Positions 11,871 through 25,500 of a stretch of 64,000 bases of DNA are shown one piece after another. The first letter of the stretch is position 1. Each line of letters opens with the position of its first letter. The notes under the pieces were generated by a model, which worked only from the letters and a program-made list of their open reading frames with translations, ran no database searches and had not been told where the DNA came from. Made by a program: the position numbers and the translations under genes. The DNA comes from Eledone cirrhosa (Eukaryota), in assembly GCA_964016885.1 (NCBI GenBank), contig OZ024742.1:119722001-119786000 (forward strand), read 5' to 3'.

Positions 11871-12580
11871 ATCATCATCATCATTTTACGTCTGCTCTTC
11901 CTGCTTGCAAGGTTGGGACGGCTCTTATTCAGCACAGCATCTCTCCACTTGTCATGGTCCTTCATCATCTCCACTGTGAGATTCAGCGATCTGAGATCTG
12001 TTCTCACCACCTCCGCCCATTTTTCGTGGTCTACCTCTACCACGTCTTCCTTCAACTGGCATTTCCTGGCACTTCTTCACCCATCGGTCATCCTCCATGC
12101 GCATCACATGTCCATACTACCTCAGTCTCCTCTCCCGTACACTACATTCTATCCCTCTCAGACACAGTTTCTCTCTCAACACATTCATGCTGGGTCGTTC
12201 ACTGCACATCCAACGGAGCATGCTTGCCTCATTTCTCTCCAGCCGTCGCATATCCTCTGCAGTTGCTGCCCATGTCTCACTACCATGCAACATCGTGCTC
12301 CTCACACAGGCATCATATAACCGGCCTTTCATACCCATAGAGAAACCCTTCTTCGTCAGCAAGGAAGCAGCTCCCTAATCTTCTTCCAACCCATCCTTAT
12401 TCTAGACACAATGGTCTCGGAACCCCCCCCCCCCTCCCATGCTAATCTTATCTCCTAGGTACCGGAAGCTATCCACCACTTCTATAGCACCCGCCTGCGT
12501 TTGAAAAATGTGTCTATCAATGCGACTGCTACTGTCTAATTTCCCTGTACATCTACTGCATACATATTTCTCCCTACCTG

Positions 12581-12582
<2 letters not shown>
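11871..12582 (-). mobile_element. RTE LINE (family B) 3' fragment
   Basis: Close reverse complement of about 7154-7583, continuing to a (GAT)n tail. Confidence 0.9.
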
Positions 12583-12635
<53 letters not shown>

Positions 12636-12835
12636 TGTAATATATATATTATATATATATATTCTAATATATGTATATTATAATATATATATATATATCA
12701 TCTAATATATATATATATTATATAATATATATATCATCTAATATATATATATATTATATAATATAATATATATTATATGATATATATATATTATATAATA
12801 TATATATATATCATATAATATATGTATATTATAAT

Positions 12836-13147
12836 ATCATCATTTTACGTCCGCTTTTCCCTGCTTGCAAGGGTGGGACGGGAACTGATTCTGGCTTGAT
12901 TTCTACAGCTGGATGCCCTTCCTAACACCAACCTCATTTACAGTGAGTGCTGGGTGCTTTTTTGCCGTGGCACCTCCACGGCCACTTTGCAGTGGAATGA
13001 TAGGGAACCCAGTCCTATCATCTCATTTCTACAGCTGAGTAAACTGGAGCAATCTGAAATAAAGTGTCTTGCTCAAGGAAACAACACATCACCCAGTCTG
13101 AGAATTGAACTCACAATCTTTCGATTCCAAGGCCAATGCTCTAACCA
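12836..13147 (-). mobile_element. tRNA-derived SINE with RTE-type tail
   Basis: Near-identical to 58461-58797. Confidence 0.85.
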
Positions 13148-13230
13148 ATAATATATATATTGCAAGGCCAATGTTCTAACCAATAATCTATATATTATAT
13201 TATATATATATATATTATATATATTATATC

Positions 13231-13405
13231 AAGACATTTCGGATAAACATCCTACATCCGGATATGTCTCCATAAAAAATAATTCTCTACTTGAGTGGGC
13301 CATGGTGTCCAAATCCTGATTTGAAAGACTTTACCAGGTGGTGCTATTAAGTTAGACGTGGCCTGGGCCAATACTGGCCGAAACCTATCAAAGTTATCAA
13401 AGTTA
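13231..13405 (+). mobile_element. 3' tail of CR1-like LINE
   Basis: Matches 3' ends at about 48220-48390 and 56120-56295. Confidence 0.75.
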
Positions 13406-13560
13406 TATAATATATATATATATATAGAGAGATGACATTGTAGTGCTTAAATTAAATACATTGCTAATGCTTGAATTGTTATGCAAATTAGGACAGACTA
13501 ATATAGTTTTAACTAAGTTTGTACATAATATAAATAGCTATAAGCTACTATACTCTTTGT

Positions 13561-14722
13561 CATCATCATCATCATCATCATCATCACCGTTTTACGTCCG
13601 TTCTTCCACGCTAGCATGGGTTAGATGGGTTGTCCTGTTGTGGGCAGTGTCTGGTCGGCTGACCATGCCTTGCTCATACAGGAACTGATTTGGCTTGATT
13701 TCTACAGCTGGATGCCCTTCCTAACACCAACCTCATTTACAGTGAGTGCTGGGTGCTTTTTCGTGGCGCCTACACGTCCACTTTACAGTGTGGGCTGGGT
13801 GCTTTTTTGCTGTGGCACCTCCACGACCACCTTGCGGTGTGGGGGCATATTGTCTATATGCTTCAGCTTGTACCCATGGGAGGTCGGGTACTCTGTATTA
13901 CTGCGTGACGCCAGAGGTCACGGTCGTGTGTCATCACCTTTGAGAGGTGTAATTGGGTAAGGTCAGCTTTTATCACCTCATCCCAGGTCATCTTGGGTCT
14001 CCCCACTTCGCGGTTTCCATCGACTTCTAGTGCTCTGCACCTTTTTATGCAGCTGTCATCCTTCATACGCATCACATGTCCATACCAGTGCACACGCCTC
14101 TCCTGCACACAGCATTTGATTCCTCTTATGCTTAGTCTCTCTCTCAATTCATTTATGCTTTGCCGTTCACGTATATTACTGTTACACATCCATCGGAGCA
14201 TCCAGGCATCATTTCTCTCTAATCTATGTAAGTCTTCCACCTTCAGCGCCCAGGTCTCACTACCATGCAACATCGCTGTTCGGATACACGCATCATACAG
14301 TCTGCCTTTCATTTTGAGGGTGAAGCCTTTTGCAGCTAGCAGTGGTAGTAGTTCCCTAAACCTCTTCCATCCCGTTCTTACCCTAGTTATTGTACTTTCT
14401 AAACACCCACCTCCGCTGCTAATTCAGTCACCTAGGTAGCAGAAGCTGTCTACTGTTTCTACAGAGCCCTCCCAGAGATTGGTGGTACTTGTTTCCTGTG
14501 GCTGTTTGCTGCTTGCTGTCCCAGCACAGCTGCTGCATGTGAAGCCTACATTCTTAATTAAGCTTCCTGAGATCCCGCTACATCTCTTGTGTACCCATTG
14601 TTTGCATTTGGGGCAGAGAATGGAGTTCCTACCTACACCTTTCCTACATACTGAGCAAGCCCATTTCCATGAGGGGATCTGGGTTCTGTTTTCTCGTCTA
14701 CTTACAAGGACCTTAGTCTTTG
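13561..14722 (-). mobile_element. RTE LINE 3' fragment (relative of family A)
   Basis: ORFs 14424-14834 (Cys/His finger, FCYLGD) and 13863-14312; UTR and tail. Confidence 0.9.
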
Positions 14723-17070
14723 TGCTCCGAGAAATTAACAACAGACCTGATAAAGAATTAAAAGTGCTAAATTTAGGTTGATATGTTTCTAGTTGCCAAA
14801 AGAAAAAGATGTATTTATTAAAAAGCACCCACACTGTTAAGTCATACTTTACCCAAAAGAAACACTGTAGTGCTCTGTTTGTACATATAAATATATTATT
14901 AATTGAAGAAAAAACACTGGATACATGATATAGTTTAAGTTTATTGTGAAAGATGGCAGAAAAATTCAGTAATCATGGGTTTTTATGCAGTGACTCCGTG
15001 GGCAGTTGAAGAAAGTACCCACTTTTTTAGTGGACTTTTATAACATGCTGGGATATGGTATGCCTTTTCTCAACTGGATACATACAGAAATCTCTGCGAA
15101 AACTCTTACTGGCTATTATAAAAATCATACTTTCAGTAGTGACTCTTTAAGCTCACTAAGCTCTTAAGTGACTTTTAGAAGACCTTACAAATAAAGCTGA
15201 ATATGTGCATTTTTTTCCTGCTTGGTGGGATCTCCTTTCTGTAGCATCATCTGATGGTGGCATTCACTTGCCAATTGTAAAATTAATTTCAGATATTGGA
15301 TAGCAGCTTTTTGCAATCAACCAATTATTGGATAATGTTTCAGATAACAAAAAATAGAAGAGAAAATGTCAACAGACACATGAGCTACTTTTAATCATGA
15401 TGAAGTTTGACATAGGAATAATTATATCGTAGGATCAAGTATTACATCATTTTCAAATGACTAGTGTTTCTTTACTATCTTCTGTCCAAGAATTGAATAC
15501 AGCTTGTGCAGTCTGTGGATATATTCAAACAATGTGGTTTATTTTTTCAGACATTGAGCTAAAAGCCCAAAGCTCTTATTTTAAAGACCAACACCACTCT
15601 TGAAGTAAAATCATGAGTATGATGATTTCACAGGTTCCAGGACCCTCAATTCACTTATTAACTCTCAAATGCCTTTTTAGAAGTTGAAAAGCAAATAATT
15701 TGTTTTGCCATTATTTATTGCTTCCTATGAACGGTGTATTTGGTTTCCTTCATCAATTATAGGTAATTACACCAGAACAATTATAAAGAGGCAATCAAAT
15801 CATGTGAATTATAAAAAGTTTTAGTGAAGAATTTGTGCTTTTAACTCAACTAAAAAAAAAAAATTATCTTTCTTTTCATATTGGCAACAAATAATATCTT
15901 ATAGAGTTACAGTTTCACTATTCTATAACTGAACATTTTTGGAGTCTTCTTTTCCAAAGGACCCCTTTAGAATATATGCTACAACTCATGAAGTAACTGG
16001 TCTTCAAGATCAGATTAAGCTATTTAATGACCAGATTAAGCTATTGCTGGGCCTTTTAGTTGTTCTTTCAACAAAGATTGAATGTTTCACAAATGTATTT
16101 CCTAGGGCAAGCACAAATGTGCAATGGCTTATAGATGTAGAAATATAATCCATGAGAATTTGGCTTTAGCAATATGTGAAACTATGTTGCAGTCATCTGT
16201 ATAAATGATATCTCAGATAAGAGATTGAAAGACTTCCACATCGACAGTGAAATACTGCATATTGAAGAGGTGACCAGAAAATCAGTAGCTCACATATATC
16301 TCAGAAGAGCGATCAGCAGCAAAAGGATGTACAAAAAATAATTGTATTTTCTTGCTTTCACACTACATGCACACACATATGTATGCTTACACACATAAAC
16401 AAGTGTTTAACTTTAAGGATAGGATATGTTTGTTAATTCTCTTGGGTATATTTATACTACTCAAGTTTATCACTGACTGCAAAGCCCATGCCATGCAGCT
16501 CATAAGCCTTTGATCTGAGTCTTTGTTAGTGATGTGTTAATGCTTCTTTTTTTCATCCTGACCTGGAGTCAACCAATCTTGTCTTCAGTGAGGCAGCAAT
16601 GTCTATATTGTCAATAATCACCATTTCTCTGATATTACTTGGCTGTTATAAATTAGTGTTAAGTCTACGATACATTTTCTGATATTCCAAATCCCCTAAT
16701 TGAGTGGGGTTGATCTTCTTTGTTTCTGAGTATTCAATTTGTTTGATGTTTGGTTGATTTACCTCATGTTCAAATACTTGAGGCAGGTAGAAACTGATTA
16801 AGGTAAATTAAAAGATGTTCTCACTATATGAGTTGGCCTGCAGTGCATTGTTTAAAGGTCAATTTAAGAAGATTTATTGTTTATGACAATCCCTCCTTTG
16901 TTGATTTCATGCTTCCTATGTATAGATTAGTTACAAATGAATGAGAAAGTCAATACATTTAAAAATTAAACACAGATGGATTGGTAATGTCTGTATCTCT
17001 CTACTCCAGGCGTGGGGAAGAGGCCTGTGCAAATGTGTAGCTGTGAGAGGTCATTATTTTGAAGGAGACA

Positions 17071-17259
17071 TGTGGCGGTGGATTGTCAGTATTGGTAGAG
17101 GGTCGGACGCCATGCTTTGACGCATAGACTTACGGCCCTTGCCATTCTGAGTTCAAATCCCGCCGAGGTTAACTTTGCCTTTCATCCTTACGGGGTCGAT
17201 AAAATAAAGTACCAGTAATACACTGGGTAATTGCTGGCCTTCTGCATAACGTAGAAACA
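17071..17259 (+). mobile_element. tRNA-derived SINE with 18-bp target-site duplication
   Basis: A-box-like tgtcagtattgg, B box gagttcaaatcc, body gcctttcatccttacggggtcgataaa; TSD attattttgaaggagaca at 17053-17070 and 17260-17277. Confidence 0.9.
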
Positions 17260-17741
17260 ATTATTTTGAAGGAGACAACTTTGTAAGCCTATGAAAATAA
17301 ATAATGTCTCCTGAAATTTTCTAATTACTTATTGTGCATACATATATACATATATATATATACATATATTATCATCACCATTATCGTTTTAACATCTGCT
17401 TTCCCTACTAGCAAGGTCTGCATAGACCAAGTCAGTACTGAAGCAATGGTTAATCTCTCAGACAAGTCAGGGAACTTTTGTTTCACTTATGTACAGTCTC
17501 ACATTCTACCAAGTGCACAGAGAAGGTTGTCATGTCTTTGACACAACTCACGATCCTCCCAGCCCTGTGTATTTGTGTGTGTGTGTATGTATGTATGTAT
17601 ATATATATATATGTGTGTGTGTGTATGTGTATGTATGTATATATATGTGTGTGTGTGTGTATGTATGTTTATATATATATATGTGTGTGTGTATGTATGT
17701 ATATATATGTGTGTGTGTGTGTGTATGTGTGTGTATGTATG

Positions 17742-17784
<43 letters not shown>

Positions 17785-17798
17785 CACAAGTATATATA

Positions 17799-18186
17799 TC
17801 ATCATCATCATCATCATCACCGTTTTATGTCCGTTCTTCCATGCATGGGTTAGATGGGTTGTCCTGTTGTGGGCAGTGTCCGGTCGGCTGACCTTGTCTT
17901 GCTCATACGGGAACTGATTCTGGCTTGATTTCTACAGCTGGATGCCCTTCCTAACACCAACCTCATTTACAGTGTGGGCTGGGTGCTTTTTTGCCGTGGC
18001 ACCTACATGACCACTCTGCAGTGGGAGGAGGTGGGGGCATATTGTCTATATGCTTCAGCTCCGGCTTGTACCCGTGGGGGGTCGGTCTTCTGTATTACTG
18101 CGTGACACCAGAGGTCACGGGTGTGTGTCATCGCCTTTGAGAGGTGTAATTGGGTAAGGTCAGCTTTTATTACCTCATCCCAGGTC
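17799..18186 (-). mobile_element. RTE LINE 3' end fragment, preceded by (TG/TA)n microsatellite from about 17575
   Basis: Similar to 13561-13990; TWDEVIKADLTQLHL in ORF 18003-18224. Confidence 0.85.
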
Positions 18187-19520
18187 TGTGTGTATTTTTT
18201 CTTTATACATACATGTATATTCAAACAAGCTTACATTATATGCATATGTGGATTTGTGTGTGTATATATATATGTGTGTGTGTGTGGAAGGAGTTTGTAT
18301 ATGAACAAATGTATGGATTCTTGTCTGTATGTATTTTGAATTATTGTGAAATTAGGCTGTGTGTTTGCCTTTTCCTCAGCTTACGGGGAGGATCAAACCC
18401 ACTAGTTATACAAAGATACCAGAAACAGCTTAATTTGACTTAAATTTGCAGCAAGAGTAAATTCATAGAAATATGAATCTTCATAGCTATTTCTTCATAA
18501 CCATGCTGTATTGGTGCTCTAGAAAATATATCAGTAGGTGTATGTGTATGTATGTATGTGTATAAATATATTTGTAAATATGTATGTGTGATATGTATGT
18601 GTAACTATGTACATTCATGTTGATATGTGTGATCAGTAAATGTGTGTGTACACTTTGATTCTGATATTTTCGTTTCTTATTTTGTTTATTGGAAAGGATG
18701 TGATATAGTGAGATATTCATATTGACCTAATGATATATGGACATCTTTTTTTATGTCTTTTGTGAGGTATCTTTTATGTAATAGTGGTGTCTATTTATGG
18801 CATTTGGTTATTAAAAGGCATTGAAAAAGCTCTATAGAATATATCTTTATGTTCTCTGCACAAAAATACATTTTGTTAAGTTTGCACTTAATTAATGTTT
18901 TATTGGATCAGTCCAATGTTAGGGATCTTTTTATGCCTGTTTTTATTCACCATGAGGAGTAATTTTTGTTTTCTTGAGCAAGTTAATGCTTTACTCTATG
19001 TAAATATGTTTTTGTATTAGACTAAACATTTTTGGGATGTATATAGGTTTTTCCATATCTTGAATGACAATATTTAGCAGCTTAGTTTATACATTATCCT
19101 ATTTAAATTACTGTTAAAATCAATTAACATGATACAAAACTTTTAATACTGTGCAAAAGGTAATGTTGTGTACAGAAAGCCAAAGCAATCTAATGATTTT
19201 AACCCATTTTATTTTTTCCGATAACTAATGTAACTTAATATGAAAATTATAAAAAAAAAAATAAAACCTTTTCAGTGAAAATTATTTTTTAAAAAATAAC
19301 ACCTTTTCAGTGAAGGAAAGACAAAATTTGGCTGGCAATACATGTGATAACTTTGAAAAAAATATATTATCACTAATATGAAAGTATTTTATATGTCTGT
19401 TTGAGTTCTGGAACTATTTTTTCAGTTTCAATCTAAAGGACTGTATGTATATAACTATCAAGATGCTACTGTTATCTATAAAATGTATATTGTAGTGGGA
19501 GTGTAAATTATTTCTTTCAG

Positions 19521-19559
19521 GTTATTTCTTACCTACTCCAGGCTTGAAGCCTACAGACG
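19521..19559 (+). CDS. Candidate 39-bp cassette exon (phase-symmetric), possibly of the alpha-2/delta gene
   Basis: tttctttcag acceptor, perfect gtaagt donor, length divisible by 3, open in phase 1 (YFLPTPGLKPTD), GC-richer than flanks; no recognised homology. Confidence 0.45.
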
Positions 19560-22500
19560 GTAAGTGGAGGAAAATCCTCTGCTAATTTGAAACTCTGTGG
19601 AAGTTTTTCCACAATGCTGTGAAAGCAACTTTAAATATATTTATAAAGATCAAAACATAGATTTTTAAAATAGTTAGAAACAAAGTAGTATATATTGTAA
19701 AAAAATTGTAATTACTTTAGATTGCTTCCTTGTTATAGTATCTTATCTTTAATTGAATGTTTAAATGTTATTCATAATCTGTCTTACCAATCCAAATACA
19801 CATCTAAGTAAACTCCTAAGTATTAGTGAGTAAAGAAGCCAAACTGACAAATATCCTATTAGAAATACATAAATTCTTTAAAAACTAGCTTGTTTTATTT
19901 GATAAACTACCTGGCAGTTGCACTGAACACCTATGTTTGCTACACTCTGTTAATCTAAATTTGTAAACCACATCTCTATATTTTAGTAAGAATAGCACAT
20001 ATTCTACAAGATTCAAATTCAATTTTCTTTCAGCAAATGTTTTAAATTACTGTCTTTACTATTACAAATCAGCACCTCATTTTAGAGTTAGCATTTTTAT
20101 CTCTTTAAAATGTTAATCTTGTCAATGTTGTTTCAATTTTATATCCTCATGCTTTCAGCAATGATTACATAGCCAAATCAAATTGAGTGTGCAAGTATAG
20201 ATGTTATTAATGACTGTTTTTCAGGCTATTTTCTCATATTAGATGTGTTGTTGGCAGTGTTTGGTTAAAAAGATATTATTCACTATGAAAATCACTTCAG
20301 AAAAAATATAAATAAGTATTAGTTTTTATGGAAATAATATTGTTTGTTATTATCAATATTGGATAGATATCAGTATAAGAGAACAGAACAGATAGCTTAA
20401 TTCTTCACTGTATCTTAAATATATGGATATCTATGTATGTGCATGCATGCATATACACACATTCACACAATGTAGCTCATTTATCCAGCCTGTTCAGAGC
20501 TTGTGGTTTGACATGTAGAGTTTTTGTTTTAAGAAACCTAAGGATAACACAAAAATATGAAATTGTTTTAAGATTATTTTACTTTAATACTTAGATGCTT
20601 ATTTAGTACTCTTTTCATCCAGATACTTTTCTGTAGACATTTCTGCCAAAGCAGCTTTGGGTTTATAATATTAGGGCTGAAAAGAGCATTGAAAATATTG
20701 GCAAAAATCATGAATACAAGTCTTCCCCATAGATTGGACTCAAAATGGTTCCACATCAGTAATAACACCATAAATTATAATAATTACATTTAGTATTGGT
20801 ATGCATTGGCAGTTATAGTGTGAATCTAGTGTGAATGTAGGCATCAAAAGAGTTTTCTTCTTGGAATAAACAGTTTGTATGAAGCATGTGTAAAAAGTGT
20901 TATATTATGCAGCTGAGAGATATGGAAATGGAATACATAATATCTGAATATGATACATTGGGTGTGTAATGTGAACTTGCACAAAAAACAGTGTAGATGG
21001 GCTCTGAGAGAGCATTAACCATTTTGTTATCATATTTCTAATAGAAGACACTGCTTACAGTTTTCAAATAATTTTGAAAATATTCAAGAATTTGGAAGGA
21101 TTTAGTAATATAACTAACTTCCTCGTTATTTAGCTGTTGTTCGAAGCGTAACTTAGTAAAGGTTCTTACATAAAATTATGATGGAAGATTTTTAGTTAAA
21201 TATGAGCACTTTAAAAATTTGTATTGCAAAAGCAGGGGTGGTTTCAGGAAGTTTTGTATCCATACTGAAGTATGGAGAAATGATGGCTGCATTAGTATAG
21301 ATATGTAATATATATGAAGAATGAGTGTTGCGTAAAAGTGTAGCATTTGTTAAAAATAGCAAAGAATGAGGAGTAAGAGTCATATCAAGAAGTTGGAACT
21401 TGCAGATGAAATGATATGTCATGATATAATTGATGTAAATGTTTATAGTAATATCATTTTAGGCCAGGCCCGTCTAATTTTATCAGAATAAAATATGTAT
21501 TAAAACTGATGGTGATGATAATTATCCACCCATTTAGAAAAATAGATTAAAGTGTTCAAGACCATACTTAAACAAAATAACACCAACGAGGGTGTCCCTA
21601 GGGTTGCTTCACCTATTAGAAAGAGCAGCCAAATTTACTCAGATCATGCCACATTGAAAAAATGCAGTTAATGCAGTCCAAAAAACCCTAAAAGAATGAG
21701 TTGATCAATTTTGGAAAATCTTTGATCATGGGCTGATCTGGGGCTAAAGAAAACAACACAAAAACGAAATTATTGAGACAACAAGGTTTTTTTTTATATT
21801 GTTGCTCAACCTTCTAAAAACAACAGCCTAATCTCCCTCAAATCACACTTCTAGCTTTCAAAAAAGGCTTCACATTAAATAATATGACAATTAGATATCC
21901 TTTAAAAGATGGAGTGGTCACAGCTGGAATGCCTTTCAGAATGAGTCTGATTAATCAGATTGACCTGGGGTTAAATAACATTAGCAACATCAACTTGTCA
22001 TATACTGTGAGAACAATGAACTAGAATAATCCTTTATATACTTTGTCACATCTCTAATAGTAGTTTGAATACTAACATTAAATTCAGTAATGTGTGATAC
22101 AAATTCCCTTGATCCCATAACAGTTATAAATCTAGAGATGTTGTCTATATTGTTGATGTCTGCACAAGTCTCATACGTCTTAGTATAAGTTTTTAAGCTT
22201 GCTTACTTTACACATACTCTGTCATTCCTCATAACACCAAATAGACATCTAGAGACACATTTTACAGTGAATATTGGAGTCTAATTAACATATGCAAAGA
22301 CACTCTATACACATTTCCACAATTGGTGACATTATAGATGAGACACTTTGATCATCTGTTATGCATATTAAACACCTTGTAAAATAAATTAAAACATTGG
22401 ATTATATGAATTTCGAAGTTTTTCTAACTGGCTCTTATCTGACTGGGTTGGATGGTTGGTGGTCAATATTAAATTTGCTACCCAGACCTGTTAAAATTAC

Positions 22501-25500
22501 ACACAGAAAACAATTCCAAACACAAAAACTTTTGTTTTGTTCATGCTTATTCTCTTAAATCATTTATCCCTTTTAACTAAACAGTTTGTACAAAGAAAAA
22601 ATAACAAAATGTACAAATAAATTCAGGTAAGATTTAGTATTTAGACAAAGTGTATCATTAGAAATTAATATCAAAGAATAAAAGAAATAACAAGATTTAG
22701 AAAAAAAAAATGTAATTTTGGGTCATATTTTTCTTTGTTCACAGCATAATACTGTTCATGTTGATTTTGAATTTTGTGAACTGATTTTAATTGTGTTCTA
22801 CACAAATGAATAATTTGGTGTGGGCTAGAAAAAATCATTATTATGTGGTGGTTCAAAATTATTTAAAGCTGTCAATACTAGTTGTCACTCAATTTTACCA
22901 TGCTGCTTGATCAGAACAGAATAAATACTTTGGTTTGTTTCAGAAAGCAAATATAACATGAATTTGAAGAATATGCAAATACAAAATAGGAATAAAATCT
23001 ACTTGATTCTAAAACAAATTACTGTATAATACTGCTGGCTGCAACCATAAAATTACATGTCATTATACCAAGATTGCTTAGAATATTATCAATGCAACCA
23101 AGTTGTATGAGTCTATATTGTAGTTCTGTATGACTAGACTTGTCGATTGTTTATTTGAAGTAAACAAACAGTAACTTCTAGGCTCATTACACATTTGCTG
23201 TAATTGGCATATGGAGATGATGATGTTTACAGTGATTGGCTATGGTGGATTTCACATTGGCTCTGTATTTTTTTGAGAGAAATACTCTGGCAAGTGTCTT
23301 CCTGATCAGCAATGAAGTTTCTCTATAGTTATTCTAATCTAGTCATTCGTACTATCTTATCCCCAAAACACATCACCAAACACTTTCTCCAAATATTTGT
23401 AGAACTGCAACGGACTCTTTCCTTATGTTTTCATCACATATATCAACCTGAAGAAATACATGGTGAACATCAGTCACACTAATCTCACTAGTCTGTGCCT
23501 GGATACTATCTTGCAATGCTTGGACACTATCTTCCCTCTCCTAATAGAATGGATATAACAAACAGACTTTTAATTTTAAGTTTAGATGTTAAAATTATTG
23601 ATGCTTTATGGAGCTCTACATCTAGCACATGTGAGTTTTAAAATCAGCAAAATCACTATAAATTCCTGGAGACTTGTTGCTCCTGAATGTACCATATTAC
23701 TTTTCAAATTTCTTCCAGGTTTACATGCAGGGTTAGGTTAGTGGCTCTGGAAGCGTTTGTATTATAATTGAAATAGATATAGGTGTATTCTATTTGAGAG
23801 TGTAAAGAGCTCTAAGCACTCTAGCAATTTATTGAGATCACATGGTAATGAACTATCTTTCTATTTTAGAGTAATAATCCTTACAGTTATATGTTTCTAT
23901 TTATTGCCACGAGGGCACAAAAGAAGGGGACAAATATAAGGGGGGGGGGGGGGGGTTACACGAAAGAACGAGTAAAAAAAGCAAATAACAAATATAAAAT
24001 TAACAATAAAGTTCTCAATAGGGAGGAGGCGTTTTTGGGGGTCGCACACACCCCCAAAAAGTGTGCAACCCTTCTCCTCAGGAGCACAGAGAGAGGGTGC
24101 TCCCTTGTTCTTCCATCTTTTTCACCTACAGGCTGATATAGAGAGAAGGCCCATTCACACGGGCCATTCTTGCCACTTTCCCCCACCTCTCATAAAACTG
24201 GCTGGGGTGGAGCACCTCTCTCTCCATCCTGATCCTTCTTCCTATATGATTCAGAGCCTCCCAGTTTATGGTATACTGCTCACAAGTCACCTACATTCAA
24301 GTATTAATTAATCTATGGATATTAAATATTTAGTAACATTTTTGTAGCAGTCCTTAACATGCACATATTTACATTGATTGTATATTATAGCATTCTGTAC
24401 ACACATTATTAATCTACTAACAGCTAGAGATATGGTATAATACCTAGTCGATATTGCACTAAATAAAGCATGACTATATGAATAAGATTATAGTTTTTGT
24501 TTTCTGAAAGGGAAATAGCTATATAGCAGAATATTTATTTATGTTTAACATAGAATCTAAATACATTTCATACCACATCACAGCATTACTAAAATATTAG
24601 ATATAAATAGTATTAAATTTACGAAATTTATTGAACATTCCATATGTATAGTATGAGATTTTGGGAGTTTATCACAAAATAATTTCTGCTCATAGTATAT
24701 TAAACATGAAGAAAAAATTATTCATTTATCTTGTGACCCTAATGAGCTTGTTTATATACATGCATATAGTATGCTAATGTATGTGTTTGTAACAATAAAA
24801 ATGCACATTTATATACATATACAGCAATTCAAATAGCTATGTTATACAAAGTAAACCATTCCATTTATCAGCTGTCAAACCAATGTTTTCCAAATTGTTA
24901 CTCACTACTAATTAGTTTTAAGTTCATAACTGCATGGGTTGTATTCCAAATTTGGTTGACTTGATGTTTCATCTTTTTTATATTGAAAGAAACTGATCAA
25001 CTAAAAAGGAAATATATTACTTAGGGCAATGAACCTCATATCTACAATCTGGTATTTATATATTTAAATGAGATAACGAGTTTTTGAAAACTACTTTTCC
25101 TTCTGAGTTTTTATTTATTCCAATTAAAATTAATAGATTTCAAAATGACCAGGTAACTGACCTAAGTGATAGCCTAAAAAGGCAATGAAATAGATCACTC
25201 AATATGTCTTAGTTTACTTATTTGATAATAATAGGTGTCATTTATTTTTCATAATTGAATTGCAAGTGTTAATATAAGAATGTAACATTGCAATTCCTTC
25301 TCCAATAATTCACTAAAATATCTTAATTTGCTTGCATGGACAAATGAATATAAAACTGTATTTGTATCTTAAATCATGTGTTTGTGTATGTATCTGTCTG
25401 TAATTGGTTCACTCAGTGTTTGAGGAGCCATGATGTTTGTAGTTTCTCAGTTAACATTTTATTATCTATCCTGTTATTCTATGTCCATTTTTTCTCTGTT

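Noticed and set aside
14990-16240. Possible old minus-strand RT relic (also about 25680-26850 and 49140-49990)
   Set aside because: Too degenerate to read diagnostic motifs by eye
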